Assembly (NCBI GenBank): GCA_000165425.1
Contig: CT868596.1
Location: 186,001-250,000, forward strand
Direction of reading: 5' to 3'
DNA from: Paramecium tetraurelia
Taxonomy: Eukaryota
DNA: 64,000 nucleotides
Part shown: positions 1 to 13,624 of the stretch, one piece after another
Layout of the letters: every line of letters starts with the position of its first letter
How positions within the stretch are numbered: position 1 is the stretch's first letter
Program-made: the position numbers and the translations under genes
The notes under the pieces: generated by a model
What the model was told of the DNA's origin: nothing
The model's database searches: none
What the model saw: the letters and a program-made list of their open reading frames with translations, nothing else

Positions 1-224
1 AAGAATTTTTTCTTAGGAAAATGAATCAAAGGGATTTTTATTTTAAATATTTGAATCCATTCCAATATTTTTTAATGCATGGATTCTAATTCTGAATATC
101 TTTTTCTTATCTCCTTAGGTTCTCCTCCTTCCAAGTTGCATATACTGATTGTATAGTAAACTTTCTTATCAATAACATCATGCTTTGGTATTTTCACAGA
201 ATATCTTTGTGCTTATTGTTTCAT
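1..224 (-). CDS. PX (phox) domain protein, 5' part, truncated by window edge
   Basis: Ciliate-code translation MKQQAQRYSVKIPKHDVIDKKVYYTISICNLEGGEPKEIRKRYSELESMHQKILEWIQIFKIKIPLIHFPKKKF has the PX pattern (VYYxI, KRYSEL like RRYSDF, PxFPKK). Confidence 0.75.
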
Positions 225-769
225 TTAATTAATTATAAATCCAATTTTAAATATATATTCAACCAATCATGTCAACGTAATTCATTGTGCAATCCCTTGA
301 TTTACAAGATTTTTTTAATTAAATATTTGCTTTTCTTTCTTATCTCATTATTCAAGTTAAAAATTAGCTTTGAAAATTAAAATTTTTCTAGAAAATTTTT
401 TATGTACAAATTCATTTTTCTGAATTAATATACGTTTTACACATATAATTATTATAATCTAAAAGAACTTTTAAATTGAAATTTGCCAATCAAATAATTA
501 AGATCGACTCTTAAAATTAGACAATAGTTAAATCTAATATGTATTTCAGAATTCATACAGAGTTTTTCTTGTTAGTAAATGTGATGTAGATAATTAAAAA
601 GGAGAAATTATTAGTGTATTATCATGGGTTGTTAAGAATTGATAGGGGATTTTTCAACTTTAAAAGTATTTTAGTTGTTTTGTAACAATTATAGTAATAA
701 AGTAAATATAATTTAAGGGAATTAAGTTAAGTAAAATTAATTCAAAATAATTTATAGCGAAATATAATA

Positions 770-1765
770 ATGGGGAATGCTTGTAGATGTCATTAACAGC
801 CAGATAATCTCAACGAAGATCAAGAATCCAATAATCCAGAAGTATATCAAGCGAAGACTGATAAACCAGAGGATGATAAATGCGAATAATAATCGTTTTC
901 GAAATGGAAAAATATTTAAGAAGGTTTGTTTTATAATCTAAAATAAGATGATAACCTTCCACTTCCAGAGTTTAGAGATGAAGTAGCAAAATCAAATAAT
1001 GGAAGCCGAATTCAATTACCTCCTGTCATAATGAAATCGGGGAATATGTAGAGTTTATGAACTAGCTTAGTTATGAGGGAGAATGGCTGAATTAGAAAAA
1101 AGATGGCAAAGGCAAATTCACTTGGAAGGATGGCAGTTACTTCGAAGGAGATTTTGTTTAGGACAAAGCGTAAGGCATAGGGAAGTTAGTGCATGTTAAT
1201 GGTGATTCATACGAGGGAGAATGGTAAAATGATATGGCTAATGGTCATGGAGTTTTCAATCATTTTAGAGGCGTTAAATATATAGGATAATGGAAATACG
1301 ATCTTTAAGATGGAGAAGGACAAGAAACATGGCCAGATGGTACTGAATATAAAGGAACTTACAAAGAGGGTAAAAGACATGGACTAGGACATATGCAATT
1401 TTAGGATGGTTCTAAATATGAAGGGAACTTTGAGAATAACGAAATTTGTGGATTTGGTTGTTATACATGGAAAGATGGCAAACAATATAAGGGATAGTGG
1501 TTGAATAATAAAATGCATGGTATTTTGAATTATCGAATATCTTAAAGGTTAGGGAGAATGTATTTGGAAGGATGGAAAGAGTTATAAAGGAGAATATTCA
1601 GACGATAAAAAGAATGGTTATGGAGTATTTACTTGGGCAAGTGGGAAAAGATATGAGGGATATTGGTAAGATGGCAAATAGCATGGAGAAGGGATAATAA
1701 TTAATGCTGAGGGAGTTCGAAGAGAGGGTTAATGGGAATATGGTAAGCCAAAGAATTTGGATTGA
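770..1765 (+). CDS. MORN-repeat protein with N-terminal MGNAC acylation motif
   Basis: About 10 repeats of YxGxWxxxxxxGxG (e.g. YEGEWQNDMANGHG, YKGTYKEGKRHGLG); three tiny GT-AG introns; TGA at 1763-1765. Confidence 0.9.
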
Positions 1766-1838
1766 TTTTATTTGTATCTATGACACTGTTAAATTGAGAG
1801 ATTAATTATATAATTATCTATATAAAATAAAATTCAAA

Positions 1839-3228
1839 ATGGATGATGCTGATGGGAATTATATTGAATGTTTAAGTCAAGGAGGCTCTTCTCCTTATAA
1901 ACCAATGGATAACCTATTTCAAATCTATTCTGATAAAGTTGGCAAAAAATCTGAATAATAAAGAAGGTTCTTTAGTGGATAAAAACAAGTTACCGAACCT
2001 ATTGAATAATTGAGTGTCAATTCCATTTCGAATTCTGAGAGCAAACCAAAACCATAAAATAAGGAAGCTGTTCAAATTTAGTTGATCTCATTTTACGAAT
2101 AAAACCTTCAAAACTTAAAGTAGATGGTTATAGATAAAGATGAAGATATCAAAATCAGGGATGAGAAAATTCTTGAATAATCAATTCTTATCAATCTCAT
2201 CAATACTAAATATAATAAGATTCTCAACCTTTTGTAATAAGAAAGGGATGAAATATTTGAAAAATACATGCAAGCCATGGATGAAATACAAAATCTAAGT
2301 CAAAAGTATTAATAACAATAGCAATAACAATAATAATAACTTCTATCAATGTAATAAAAGATCTAGCAATAATTGCAATAATAAATAACATAGCATCTCT
2401 AAAATTTTTAAGTTCCTATAGATTATGATTCCAAATTAATTGAACTTCATGAAGCCAAATAGCAGGTTAATTATTATAAGAATTAATGCATTAATTTGGA
2501 AGTAAAGGTCAAAGAAACAGAAGTGAAATTAGAAGATTCGAATTTAAGATTGAATGAAGCCTATATCAGAATTGATCTTCTTGAGAAAGAAGCCAGAAAT
2601 GTCTCATAGTAAAATGTATATCTATTTATTTTACTTCTAGGTTATGTTAGATAAATAGTTTAAATCATTATTATAACAATTTGAATAGTATTAATAAATC
2701 TAGAAAAAGCAAAGTTAATAATTTTAATTCCGTGAAGCTACAAGCATGATGAGTAGTGCTTACAGTAATTAATCAAATAGCGAGCAATAAATTCTTCAGA
2801 ATGTAAATTAGAATGGTTCAAAGCATGAATAACTCTAAGAGAATGATAATCTAATAAACGCTTACACTTAATTTAAAAAATAGAACAGTCTTAAATAATT
2901 TAATCAGATGTTGGTTTAATCGTAAATCAAATAATAAAATGGGAAATAAGACAATTAATAAATCTCCTATAACCAAGGAGGAATATTAAATTTTCCATCT
3001 GATTTTCGCACTTAATAATAGAAAGATTTAGAACTATAATTAACTAATTAGCTGAATGAGTTGACTATAAAAAAATAAACATTAGAAAGTGAATTAAATA
3101 AAAAGATCAATGTCTCAAAAAGTGCTTTAGAAAGAAGAAAAAGAGAATAGCTTGAACAAGAGTTGGATTAAATTTAAGATTAAATTAACAAAGTCAAACT
3201 AAAATTAAGAGAAAATAAATTTATTTGA
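1839..3228 (+). CDS. Q-rich coiled-coil protein of unknown function
   Basis: Open in ciliate code from MDDADGNYIECLSQ; 25-nt intron 2616-2640; ends ...KLKLRENKFI-TGA. Confidence 0.75.
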
Positions 3229-3355
3229 TATTAATACTTGTTTAGCATATAAAATAAAAGTGTTTAGATATATTATGAAATATTAAATTATTAAAATTAA
3301 GCAATCAAAATAAATTTTCAAAATATATATTGCTCATATTATAAAATTCAAAATA

Positions 3356-4547
3356 TCATTTTTTTGGTTATTGCTGCAACTTTTATTATTATTTTTGTTA
3401 AGCTTTCTCTAACAATCCTTCAAGTTAACCTTTTCTTTAAGCCATCTTAAAAAGTTCCAAAATGAATGGAATATAATTATGTTTCCTTCTGGAATTTTCT
3501 TCCTAAAAAGAGATAACATGAGAAAATACTTTATATTTTTAAAACTTGGCATTTTCTTCACTCAGAATAATTTAAGCTTCTTAAATTCTGTTATTGGCAT
3601 TATTTAATCTAATTAATAATTCTTCTTTAGATTCTTGGAGCAGTTCTTATTCAATATTCTTGCATAGTATTCAAATTTACTTATTAATTTGATAGTTCAA
3701 TTAACTATTGTTTTTATTCTTCAGATAAATCCACACCCATAAAATCTAAGGTTTTGAGAATCAATAATATTTCATTTTACGATGATGATAGAATTTTGTT
3801 TGCCTAAATGAATGATAGGGTTGTACTTTGAATTTTCTGCATTAATTGACAGCTAACAAAGTAAAAGCTGTTTCTTTTTCTTAGTAATGTTAAATCCTTT
3901 TTAAGATGGCTTCTTTAGCTCTAACAATCCAATCATCCTGATATTCACCAATCAAGATTGGTCCTTCTTAGAGACCATCTAATTCGTACACTTTTCCTTT
4001 GAAGGGAAGATAAGAAACAAAATGAAAGACATCATCACCTTCCTAGAATAAAAATTAGAACATTTACTTTGGCCTTCTTCTTTTCATTTGAGAAAATGAA
4101 GGGTTCAGGTCTAGCAAAGCTATTATGAGCTGTTTTTATCACTTCAACACCTCCTAGACAATTTCCCCTTTCCTTAGGATCCAGAGCAATAGTAAATTCC
4201 TGAATTCTTTAATAGTATATTACTTTATAATTTTTAAGCGCTTCTCCAATTTCAATTTAAGGGGAATTTAATAAAATGGAGATGATGGCTTAAGTTGCAC
4301 ATGCGTTTTAGATGACTTAATTGGCAAAGAAGAGATCTTGATCATAAATTTTAAGACACTCTCTTTTTTCGCCTTTGCTTGTCCATCTGAATAAGAATAT
4401 GAATCCATAAATGGGTTGCATCTAGGCCATCTATTATTCATCATTTAGATCATAAATCTCTTCAACTTAAACCCCTTAAACTCCAATTGCATTTATGAGC
4501 TCAGTGAATACTCCTGGGTCAGACTCTATTGTACACCACTCTTGCAT
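3356..4547 (-). CDS. UCHL5: Ubiquitin C-terminal hydrolase UCH37/UCHL5 (peptidase C12)
   Basis: Begins MQEWCTIESDPGVFTELI; contains FAxQVIQNACATQAI (catalytic Cys), AHNSFARP, FHFVSY, YELDGL and C-terminal RRKHNYIPFILELF. Confidence 0.93.
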
Positions 4548-5878
4548 AAATAATTATATATATTTTAATTAATTGGTCTTTTAAAGAATAAGTAATACCC
4601 TCTAAAGAATATTAAGTTTAGGATCCTAAAAATCAATTGAAAAGATAATCATCCTCTTAAATTCTAATGTTAACTTTTGCTTTCATTTCATTATTAGTTT
4701 ATTCAATGAAAGCCTAATCTATGTATTTTAGATATAACAGCGTTATCAATTCTGCCAATTAAACTGACCCTTCAATTATAGAATTAATATTAGAATCTAT
4801 GTCATTTTTATTGAGCATTAAAGATCATCTTAAAGATTATAAACAAAGAAAAAGATATTAGTGGAGTAATATATTTGTACCTAGAAATTTGGGTTTCCTT
4901 TTGATATTAGCTTTGATATTACAATGTGTTTTTTTTGAGATCATATTTTAAGAGAATGATTGATTTGTACCAAATAAAAATAATAATTGGTTAAAAATAT
5001 TTAAGCCTTCCTAAGATTTTCCAAAATACTTTTTTTGAGACTCTAATAATACTATATAGGAGTTTACACGATATGTTTCTAAATTAAAAAAATTTTTAAC
5101 CTTTTTAATCCGTTGTATCAATAGAAAATTCTTTATTTATTTATTTGGTATTCTAACTCTTTTAACTTGTGTACTTTTAAGTGGATCTATGGTTTTACCA
5201 CATCTATTAAATAAAACGCATTTTTCTGCTTATAGAGTTCTATTTATCTAACATGGAATCTCTTTGTAGATTGATGGATATTTAACTATTAGTTAATTAA
5301 TTTTATTGTTTACAAAATTTAAAGCCATTTAATTTAGTTCCTAAAAATAAAAACTGTTGATTTAAATTCCTTTAGTATTATCATACTATGCTATCAAAAA
5401 TGATAAAATTGATTTAAAATAATATTGTATGAAATCAGAAAAACTTTAATAAAAAATTCTGTGAGATTTAAGCCAATTTGAATATTTTTGTGCTTACTGA
5501 AATACTCATTAGTACTTATAATTTGTTTCAAAATTTCTTCTTAAAAATCACATATCTGTTATCTTGAATTAAAGTAAAAACTGCATCCTAAAGGAAGAGC
5601 ATTACTTTATTTAGCCAAATAAATACCTTAGTAAATTATTCTATCTTTAAATACAAATATAATTAAGATTAATTTAATACTAATTCTATAATTTTTTTTT
5701 AAATAATATTAATCATTTAATGGCTATTGTTTTTAACATAATTTTAAAAATCTAATGTAATTCAAATATAAAATACAAAGTAATTTAAACATATTTCAAA
5801 TCTTTATTTTACTACTTGACACTATGGTTTATTTTATTGACGCTATTAAATAATTTTTTGTGTTAATAAGAATAAAAA

Positions 5879-7318
5879 ATGGACCAAATGAATAAATATA
5901 CATTGGAATTTAAGTCAGCAGATGTAGAATTAAAGTATTAAAAAGAATCAATTTACAAATTGCTCAAACCTCTCCATTACGGTCTAATATTAATGTCATT
6001 ATTATTGAATACAATCGAGATAATATTAGTAACAGTCAGGGAATCCTTTTCAATACCATTAATCAATCTTGCTTTTATAGGAATATCCATATTTAGCTTT
6101 GTAATTGTCTATAAAAAGGAGACTTTAACATAAAAAATGATGACTATTGAAAATGCTTATATCTTATTATTATAGTTGAATTTTACTGCAGACAATATTC
6201 ATGGCTAAGAATACTTTTTATATGGAAGTAGCTTGTCATTAATTCAAGCAATAACCTATTTTTCGACAGATTTTTATTTAAGTTGTCCTTCTGTTATATT
6301 TCATTTGATATTTCGACTTATTGTCACCAGTTTGTATGCAAAGAAATTTGATTTAATAGCTTTAGGCCTTACAATAACTACAGCTATATTTTTAATAAGT
6401 GTGTTATATATATGCAATAGAGCATAAAGGTTGTAATTCTTATTGAATTTTAAAGAAGATACTATTAACTATCAATTGCAAACCTTAATAAATAAACCAT
6501 TTACAAAGATTATTTACAACGAGAAGAAGCTTTAAATTGATGTTCTTTAGGTTAATCAAGTCAATTAATTTTTGGGATTCAACCAAGACTTGTGTTTTGG
6601 ATGTAATATTAGGAACTTTATAAGAAATTGTAAGATTTCTAATAGATCCTTAGAGAAATGGATAATAGATGATTAAACCAATCTAAAGGAAATTTGTCTT
6701 GCTATGGTTTAGAGAACAAAAATAAAGATTAGGCTTTCTTAATTCAACACTGATAATAGTTTGATATTAATTTTGGAGAATTCAAGACTGGATACGAGAC
6801 AAAAATAGGTTCCTTAGTTTGTGACAAAGCAATTAGTGGAACAATTTATGACAAGCAAGAAAACCCTGTTTAATTTGTAATTTAAATTTGGAGTCATGTC
6901 GATTTTAATGTTAGGCTAATATCAAATAAAGACTGTAAATATTGTAAAGGTGTTGAAAAAATTATTAAACACTTATGTATTTTCAGGGAAAGTGAATTTA
7001 AATTTTAATGGTTATCAGATAATAAAATTGAAGACCTACTCATAATTTCTGAATATTTTTTTAATTCAAGTATTTAATATCATTCAAGATATGGAGTACT
7101 CTTAAAATATATTTAACGAAATAAATGTGAACAGTTTCGATAATTATCTAGCTTTTCAGTTGAAGCTATCAAATAAATAATAATTTATGCAATTGTACTC
7201 AAAGAACTTTTTCATAAAGTACACTGAATAACATTTGTTAGTTACTCCATTAACATTTGATTTGGTATTTTATTTCAACAAACTAATTCCATTTGATGAT
7301 ACGAACGCTTCATTATGA
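5879..7318 (+). CDS. Multi-pass membrane protein with C-terminal soluble region (unknown function)
   Basis: Apparently intronless frame of about 479 codons: MDQMNKYTLEFKSADVELKYQ, then about 5-6 hydrophobic helices including the ORF-track fragment 6233-6427. Confidence 0.7.
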
Positions 7319-7513
7319 CATTTAAAACTTGATAATTGAATTTATATTTAATTTATATATGATGCAGGTAACGGCTTGCAGTTGCTTGCTAGAGAAGAAA
7401 TCAATATTAAAGTTATTTCTTATAAATTAAAAGAGAATTAACAATAATAAATTTGTTGTTTGACTTTTTGTAATACAGAAATACAAATTTTTTATATAAT
7501 ATATATTTAATAT

Positions 7514-8451
7514 ATGAATAATCAACCTGTGTATATGTCTGTTGAGCAAATAAATGCTTTGTTTCAAAGGGATTCGACTTATGAAGTCAGAGATGACCGT
7601 ATTAATTCGTTCTAATATGATATCAAGAGAAATGATGTATGAAATTATGTAATTTAAGATTTGGAAGTCAGAAGGTCCAGAATGCGAAGAAAACAGGCCA
7701 ACTAATTAAAGTGAGAGTATGATGATGAGTAAGAATTGTTTTGGTTAAAGTTTTTAAGTTACTCGAGAGGAGTATTAGAGTTTGCAATAGGAATACGAGA
7801 GGCGTAAAGATATGGAGGAGAAATATAAGGAAGACATTAATAAATTAATGAAAGAACTTAAGTAGAAGGGTGGAGAACTGGAGAGTGTGAAGAGAGATTA
7901 AGATTTATTATTTGAATAGAATTAAAGAAGAGAATGTATTTAATTTTTATTAAATCAAAAAAGAAGTGCTCTAGAATCTGAGATAATAAGTTCAAGAAGC
8001 AAATCATCGGGAACAGAAGGCTGTTATAGAATTGGCTGATATGCAGGAATAACATATGTAGATGAAATAGAAATTGGAAATAGTTTAGCAGAAATACAAC
8101 TATTTATAGAAGCAACACAAATTTGAAATTGATAGAAAGGATAAATAAATTGATTAACTCAAGAGTTAAATAATATTCTTGAATGAGGATAATGAAAAAC
8201 TTAAGAATGAATATTAGGCAGGGATTCTCTATCTCGATTCTTAGAGAGTGTCATAAGAAAAGACCCAAAATTAATGGGCTTAATTTAATTCGAGTGCTTA
8301 CAAGAGTAGCATATAATTCCAGAAGGAAAAATCAATTACTTAGATTTAGTTTAAGAGTAATTATGACTCCAAACTAATTTTCGGAAAAAAGTCTCAAAAT
8401 TCATTAAAATAACAACAATCCTAATCCGATTTGTAGTTGAAAGGATAATGA
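7514..8451 (+). CDS. Coiled-coil protein of unknown function
   Basis: MNNQPVYMSVEQINALFQRDS; introns of 22 and 28 nt; E/K/Q-rich helical composition; TGA 8449-8451. Confidence 0.7.
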
Positions 8452-8482
8452 GTTTAATATTATATTATATATTAAGATTTAA

Positions 8483-9757
8483 ATGCCTCCTAAAAAAGAA
8501 TAACAAGAAGAAAAAAAGAATAAATTAGGAAGACCTAGTAATACTCTCAAGATGGGTATTGTTGGTATGGCTAATGTGGGTAAGGAATGCATTTTATGAA
8601 ATATAGGAAAATCAACCACATTTAATACTTTGTGTAAATTGAATGTTCCAGCAGAAAACTATCCATTCTGCACAATAGATCCTAACAATGCAAAAGTTCC
8701 TGTTCCAGATGAAAGATTTCTTAAATTATGCCAAATTCACAAACCAAAAAGTGAGATTCAAGCTGTTTTGAGCATTGTTGATATTGCTGGGTATTGATAT
8801 AATTGAATAATAAAATAGGTTGGTACCAGGAGCACATAAGGGAGAAGGATTAGGAAACGCTTTCTTATCACACATAAAAGAATGCGATGGAATTTATCAC
8901 GTAGTTAGAGCATTCGAAGATGAGAATGTTTGTCATACTGAATTGTCAGTTGATCCAATTAGGTAGAATACACAATTATATCATTAGAGACATGGATATC
9001 ATTTCTACTGAGTTGTTGTTGAAGGATTTGGAATTCTGTAACAATAGATTGGCAGAAACAGAACACGTAATTAAGAGAAACAACAATAAAGATGCTAGAG
9101 AAGAGAAGGAAGTCTTGGACAAAGTCAAATTGTTGTTGGACAACAAGAAGTGGGTAAGAACAGGAGATTGGAACTTCAAGGAAATTGAAATATTGAATAA
9201 ATACTATTTCATTACAGCAAAGAATGTAGTTTATTTGGTCAACCTAAGTCAACCAGATTTTATGACTAGAAAGAATAAATGGTTGAAAGGTATTAAGGAT
9301 TGGGTTGATGCCAATTGTCCAGGAGATATTATACCATACAGTGCAGATTTAGAAAAAACTATTTTTGAAGAGTAATTCATTTTATTCTAAATTAAGAACT
9401 TAAGCAGGTACCATAACATAAGAGAGATAAAAATTATCAATGTTGCCAAGGATCATCAAGACTGGATACAAAACATTAGATTTGATTTATTTCTTTACTG
9501 CTGGAGAAGATGAAGTCAGATGTTGGACTATAAGAGCAGGAACCAAGGCTCCTTAAGCTGCTGGAGTTATCCATACAGATTTTGAAAAGGGATTCATTTG
9601 TGCTGAAGTTATGAAGTATGAAGATTTTGTTCATTTGGGTACTATCACAGCAGTCAAGGCTGAAGGTAAGTATAGACAATAGGGTAAGGAGTATGTTGTG
9701 GAAGATGGAGATATCTGTTTCTTCAAATTTAATGTTGGAGGCGGAGGCAAAAAATGA
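8483..9757 (+). CDS. OLA1: Obg-like ATPase 1 (YchF/OLA1)
   Basis: [13 protein letters not shown]-loop split by an intron, [35 protein letters not shown] domain [44 protein letters not shown]; 4 tiny introns. Confidence 0.97.
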
Positions 9758-9830
9758 GTGTTAGAACATTATATCACATTAAGTATATTAAATAGATAGA
9801 TTGGTATAATATATATTTAAATATTGTGTG

Positions 9831-10731
9831 TCAAATCTATTGTTAATCTTACTCTTTAGCTTCTGTAGTTGAAATGCTTCCAATTTCTAAGTGGTATTAG
9901 GATTACTTTGCTTCATCCAAAACAAATGAATGATTAACTTAATCGCATGTGATAAAATCTTATCGGGATTAGAAGAATTTAAATGGGAAGGAATATTCTA
10001 TCTTTGTAACGAACCCCTTATATTATAATTTAATAAGTTACCTTAGATAATTTCATCATGAAACCATCAAATAATTGGTATTCGATAAGTGCAAAAAATG
10101 CTGCTGCTATTAGATCTAATCTAGGAAACTCAATTATATTCATGATCAAGAAGAAAGCAGGCGGGTAATATTTTGATTGTAGAGAAAATGGAAAGCACAG
10201 GAACTTTTAAGGCTCATCATAATCACTTAGTGCTCTAAATTTATAAGTCTGACTATACTTATTCATCATGTAAATAAATGTGATATTCCAAAAGCCAAAA
10301 GACTCAGTATCTAGGACTTCCAAAGTTAAATATGAAAGCGAAAAGCATAGCAAAACATAAATAATCTAATTATGATTTTTTATACTTGTATGATCAGATT
10401 CTTAAAGAATATGTCACAAAAAAATGGTATGGTACCATAACTTTTTTCAACTTCAATTGCACAAAACAGAAATCCAAGTAAACTTATTGTAATATTATAT
10501 ATATCGCCTATTTTAGTGGATTTTAAGCTTACCATGAAAGAATTATGGAATGAGTAATCTCCATAATTCGATTTAATATATAGTCTTATTTGGGATGTCT
10601 ACAAATATATCGAATAGTGAATCATTTGTCAGTAAATCAAGAATGCAACAAATTGTGCTGGTTATCAGAACAAATTTAGTTCCAAAAGTGATGCTTTACC
10701 ATATAGCTATAATTTTATCTATAATTAACAT
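9831..10731 (-). CDS. Rhomboid-superfamily membrane protein, probably a pseudoprotease
   Basis: YQIELWRLLIPQFFHG (WR and FFH motifs), EVEKSYGT, SKYYP; multiple TM helices; 3 tiny introns. Confidence 0.7.
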
Positions 10732-11269
10732 TAATAATTTTATAATTTAATATTCTTTTTTAATGTTGATGCTAATAACATTTTTTTGATCTATTTAACA
10801 TTTCTCGAAGTTGCTATAATCATTACTATTTATCAATAATTACTAAAGGCATCAATCTAGAGAATTGAAATTAGAAGTTTACTATGCTTATCTCAAAAGC
10901 ATCAGCCAGGTTAATGAAAATAAGTAACTTTCCGAAAGAATAACAGAACCTATCTTGATATTTTCTTAATCCTATATAATTCAATTGGTAAATATAAAAT
11001 AGGTTATTTGAAGACAAAATAGCCCTTATAAATATTTACTTAATTTAAGTATATTTTAAATAGATAATTATCATAATATAAAAACTTGCTAATGGATGAT
11101 AAGAATAATACAGTATTTAACTAAAATAATCCTCATTAGGTTCTATCTGTGATTCTTTAATAATATTAATATTATGAGAGTTCTTTTGTTTAAAATTTTC
11201 ATTTTATAGAGTTTTTATATTGATAATGATTATTAATTTAATAATAACTTAAAAATTAGTGTGAATGAA

Positions 11270-12364
11270 TCAAAAGTCTGCATCCATAGTAAATACTTTA
11301 TCTTATTTTTTGCTCATAACTCCAGCTTTTTGGTAGTCTCCAACTCTTCTTTCGAAGAAATTAGTTTTACCTTATAAGGATATCATATCCATCCATTCAA
11401 AAGGATTCTTTGAATTGTAGATCTTAGGAGCTCCCAATGCAAATATCAATCTATCTGCAACGAATTCAATATATTATTTCATCAAATTGGAATTCATTCC
11501 AATTAGTTCAACTGGTAAAGCTTCACTGATGAATTCTTTTTCAATTTCAACAGCAGAAGAAATGATTTCATGAACTCGTTGAATACTCAACTTATTAATC
11601 ATATGTTTGTAAAGAAGACAAGCAAAGTCTGTATGGAGACCTTCATCTCTTGAAATTAATTCATTTGAAAAGGTGAGTCCTGGCATCAATGATCTTTTTT
11701 TGATCCAAAATATAGCACAAAATGAACCAGAAAAGAAGATGCCTTCAACAGCAGCAAAGGCAATCAATCTTTCAGCAAATGAATCATTATTATTAATCCA
11801 TTTCATTGCCCACATTGCTTTCTTTTGAATAACAGGCACATTATCAATGGCATGGAGAAGATAGTTCTTCTCATTTTCATCGGTTATATAGGTATCAATC
11901 AAAAGTGAATAGGTTTCTGAGTGAATGTTCTCCATAGCTATTTAAAATCCATAGAAGCATCTTGCTTCAGGAACTTGCACTTCTGTACAGAACTATTGGG
12001 CCAAGTTTTCATTCACAATACCATCACTTGCTGCAAAGAAGGCAAGTACATATTTAATAAAGTGCTTTTCATCGGCAGTGAGTTTTTCCCAATCTTTAAG
12101 ATCCTAAAATTTATTAATTAAATAGAATACCTAATATAAATCTATTTCTTCAGCTGTCCAGAAACTTGCTTTGTGTTACTTATACATATTCCAGATGTCA
12201 TTGTATTTTATGGGGAAGAGTACAAATCTATTTGGGTTTTGTTTTAAAAGAGGCTCATCGCATTCGTTCTATTAAACAACTGGTTAACTTGTCTACAAAT
12301 TAGATAAAGGAGTGAAGGTTTAAGTCTTAGTGTTGCCGCTAAATTCTTAATTTTAAATGAGCAT
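11270..12364 (-). CDS. RRM2: Ribonucleoside-diphosphate reductase small subunit (R2)
   Basis: [73 protein letters not shown]-terminal FTMDADF; one intron near 12106-12131. Confidence 0.98.
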
Positions 12365-13624
12365 TTTTGTGTTTGAAATTTAAATTATTATTTTATAATA
12401 TACTTGAATTTTTGGTTTAAAATGATTAAACTTGTTATAATATTCATAATTTAAAAAACGGCGGTTCTCTCCCTCTTTTATATTAATTTCAATAACTCAA
12501 CACCACTAATCCCATAGTTAAAATGCAAGTTCATGCACTCTATCCAAGCATTCAATATTCCCATATGAAATCCTAAGTAGTTGCATTAAATACCTAATTC
12601 CCTATTGCCATTTCTATTATATATTTTTGTTAAGCTAATCACTAACACAACAAATCTCTTAAGTCTTTCATTTATCATTCTACTTAACAGGTCTTTCAAT
12701 TTTAAGAATATTTCATCTTTTTTAAAAACCTGTATATTAATGTTAACAAAAATATCTTAAAATATTGGAGGATTTGCTTTTACCATAGACCTATGAAAAT
12801 TAGCCTATTGATTATCTCTATCTTCTATTAATCCTCTCAAAGTAGTATATTTATACTATTTTTTCCTAAGTACTCATTTATTAATATTGGAGACTTTTGA
12901 TTTCTGCCAATTATTTGGTTTCTTCTATTCTTTTTTCATTTCCATTTTATTTAAATAACTTGTATATACCATAATAAGACAAAGAGAATATGATCATAAT
13001 ATTTGACAATAAAACCAAAAATTTTCCAATAATTATTGTAAGAAAATGATAGAGGACTGCTTAAAGTATTTTTGCAAATTATTTATATAAATCTAGACAT
13101 TCTAATAGTTATCTTATGATCTAAACAAAGAAACCCTTAACAATTATATTATAATTAAAATTTTTCATTGAATTAGTAATTTTTCTATTTTTTCATGATG
13201 GCCATGGAATTCTCAATAAGGAATCCTGAATAAATTGAATTATGGCAAAGTCTAAAATGATTAATATATTTATTAAACATACCTTTATATTAATCGTTCA
13301 TTAATTTTATGATTTTCCATATTCCCATTCAAAATATTAACAAATCACTTTTAACTAGCAATTATAAAATACATTCCTTTATGTAACTGTCTAAGATTCA
13401 ATATATATACAAGAGTATAATCAAAAAGAAAAAGATTTAATACTGAACTTATTGTATTAAATATAATTAAAATTTTTGCTTTTGCTTATTTCTTGGATTT
13501 TTTATAATATTTTTATATTATAAATCATCAAAATATATGTTATATTACATTTCAATTATATTTATCTTAAATATTTAAAGAATAATTAATTTATAAAACA
13601 AAAATAACTAAAAGTAAAAATTTT

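Noticed and set aside
4600..5850. 1.2-kb gap with coding-like patches
   Set aside because: No continuous frame or recognisable motif in the frames I tried; may be a gene remnant but I cannot support a call.
12480..13400. Minus-strand coding-like region with an intron-like GT..AG segment
   Set aside because: Interrupted frames and no identifiable domain; at most a decayed gene.
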